DNA of 64,000 nt from contig JAANXF010000015.1 of assembly GCA_018263395.1 (NCBI GenBank), positions 10,537 to 74,536 of the forward strand, given 5' to 3'. The position numbers and the translations under genes are program-made. The stretch is from Methanonatronarchaeales archaeon. Its GTDB lineage: Archaea; Halobacteriota; Methanonatronarchaeia; JAANXF01. Each line of letters starts with the position of its first letter. Position 1 is the first letter of the stretch. Shown here piece by piece: positions 63,192-64,000 of this stretch. A model generated the notes under the pieces. It saw only the letters and a list, made by a program, of their open reading frames with translations, did not search any database and had not been told where the DNA came from.

Positions 63192-64000
63192 ATGCCTGCT
63201 TACGAAAAGAGAGACGACGTAATCGACTCGTCCAACAGGGGAAATCCTGCCGAATCGGGTCTCTGCACCCTGTGCCTGTCCGACTGCAAGGGCAGGTGCG
63301 AGACCTGGCTCTCCTCTCTTAGGGGAAGAAAGATGTTATACCCCCGCCGGTTCGGGGACTGCACCGCCGGGGCGCGAAACGCCACCCCGTCAGGAACGGG
63401 CTACGGCTCGCTTCGGATACAGGGGTTCGCTTACGACGCGGAGGGGCTGCCGGAGGGCGTCTCCGCCGATCCCGACGAGGCTCTCTACTCGAACGTCGAC
63501 ATCGAGACCGAGTTCGGGAGCAGAGGGACCACCAAGTGCAAGATACCGTTGATGACGGGCGCGCTGGGCTCCACGTTCATCGCCCAGAAGTACTGGGAGT
63601 CCTTCGCGGTAGGAGCGGCCGTGTGCGGCTTCCCGCTCGTGATAGGCGAGAACGTGGTCGGCGTCGACAAGGAGGCCGAGCTGGAGGACGGAGGGGTCGT
63701 GGACGCTCCGGAGCTCGACAGGAGGCTCAGTACCTACCTGGACCACGCGGATGACGAGTATGGAGCAATCTTCGTCCAGCTGAACGTGGAGGACCAGAAC
63801 AACGGCGTAGCGGAGTACGTGGCGGAGAACTACGGCGACGACGTGATAATAGAGCTAAAGTGGGGACAGGGCGCCAAGAGCATAGGCGGGGAGATACAGG
63901 TCGAGAACGTCGATTACGCCGAGTTCCTGAAGGAGAGGGGCTACCTCGTGGACCCCGACCCGACCAGGGAGGAGGTCCGGGAGGCCTTCAGGTCGGGGGC
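63192..64000 (+). CDS. glutamate synthase-related FMN-domain protein (archaeal GltB-like), 3' end outside the window
   Basis: Open frame from the ATG at 63192, absent from the ORF track because no stop is reached: [14 protein letters not shown]...[13 protein letters not shown]...[18 protein letters not shown]...[16 protein letters not shown]. Confidence 0.7.
   Translation, partial: MPAYEKRDDVIDSSNRGNPAESGLCTLCLSDCKGRCETWLSSLRGRKMLYPRRFGDCTAGARNATPSGTGYGSLRIQGFAYDAEGLPEGVSADPDEALYSNVDIETEFGSRGTTKCKIPLMTGALGSTFIAQKYWESFAVGAAVCGFPLVIGENVVGVDKEAELEDGGVVDAPELDRRLSTYLDHADDEYGAIFVQLNVEDQNNGVAEYVAENYGDDVIIELKWGQGAKSIGGEIQVENVDYAEFLKERGYLVDPDPTREEVREAFRSG

Overview
GC-rich (roughly 60%+) archaeal chromosomal window, densely coding on both strands: about 75 protein genes, 2 tRNAs, no rRNA, no CRISPR array, no transposase or integrase. 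The gene content and the very acidic, Glu/Arg/Val-rich proteins suggest a hyperthermophilic methanogen-type euryarchaeon, possibly Methanopyrus-like. That content includes cdhA-B-C-(small ORF)-D-E, FtsZ, PolD DP1/DP2, Orc1/Cdc6, Hef, NucS, a form-III-type RuBisCO, SecE/Sec61beta, uL11/eS8/eS17, SRP19, Gar1 and glnA/gltB. The organism call is inference only and cannot be verified here. Most of the window is ordinary core genome. Accessory or unusual parts follow. (1) 1-5014 is a toxin-antitoxin/restriction island. It holds an RHH fragment, a frameshift-fused MNT/HEPN pair and three small acidic ORFs. It also holds an intact DpnI-family methyl-directed endonuclease, VapBC, an RHH gene with a decayed PIN gene, and a 5'-truncated second DpnI-like copy. 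(2) Two low-GC (about 45%) nuclease-like genes lie at 30164-31126 and 33062-34166. The second has a frameshift in an A-run and sits next to an intron-containing tRNA-Thr. (3) An AglB/STT3 oligosaccharyltransferase gene is decayed, with at least 4 frameshifts and no WWDYG segment. (4) ORB-type origin boxes lie upstream of cdc6, and an inverted near-identical ORB lies 2 kb away, so together they bracket UPF0147 and rbcL. (5) A LAGLIDADG intein in PolD DP2 ends in Gly-Gln. (6) A single in-frame TAG separates cdhC from a 64-codon ORF. (7) A 354-bp structured spacer separates nadX and nadA. Frameshifts occur only in accessory genes while all long core ORFs are intact, which argues for real gene decay rather than sequencing noise. 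All family calls rest on motif recognition by eye; no database search was possible.
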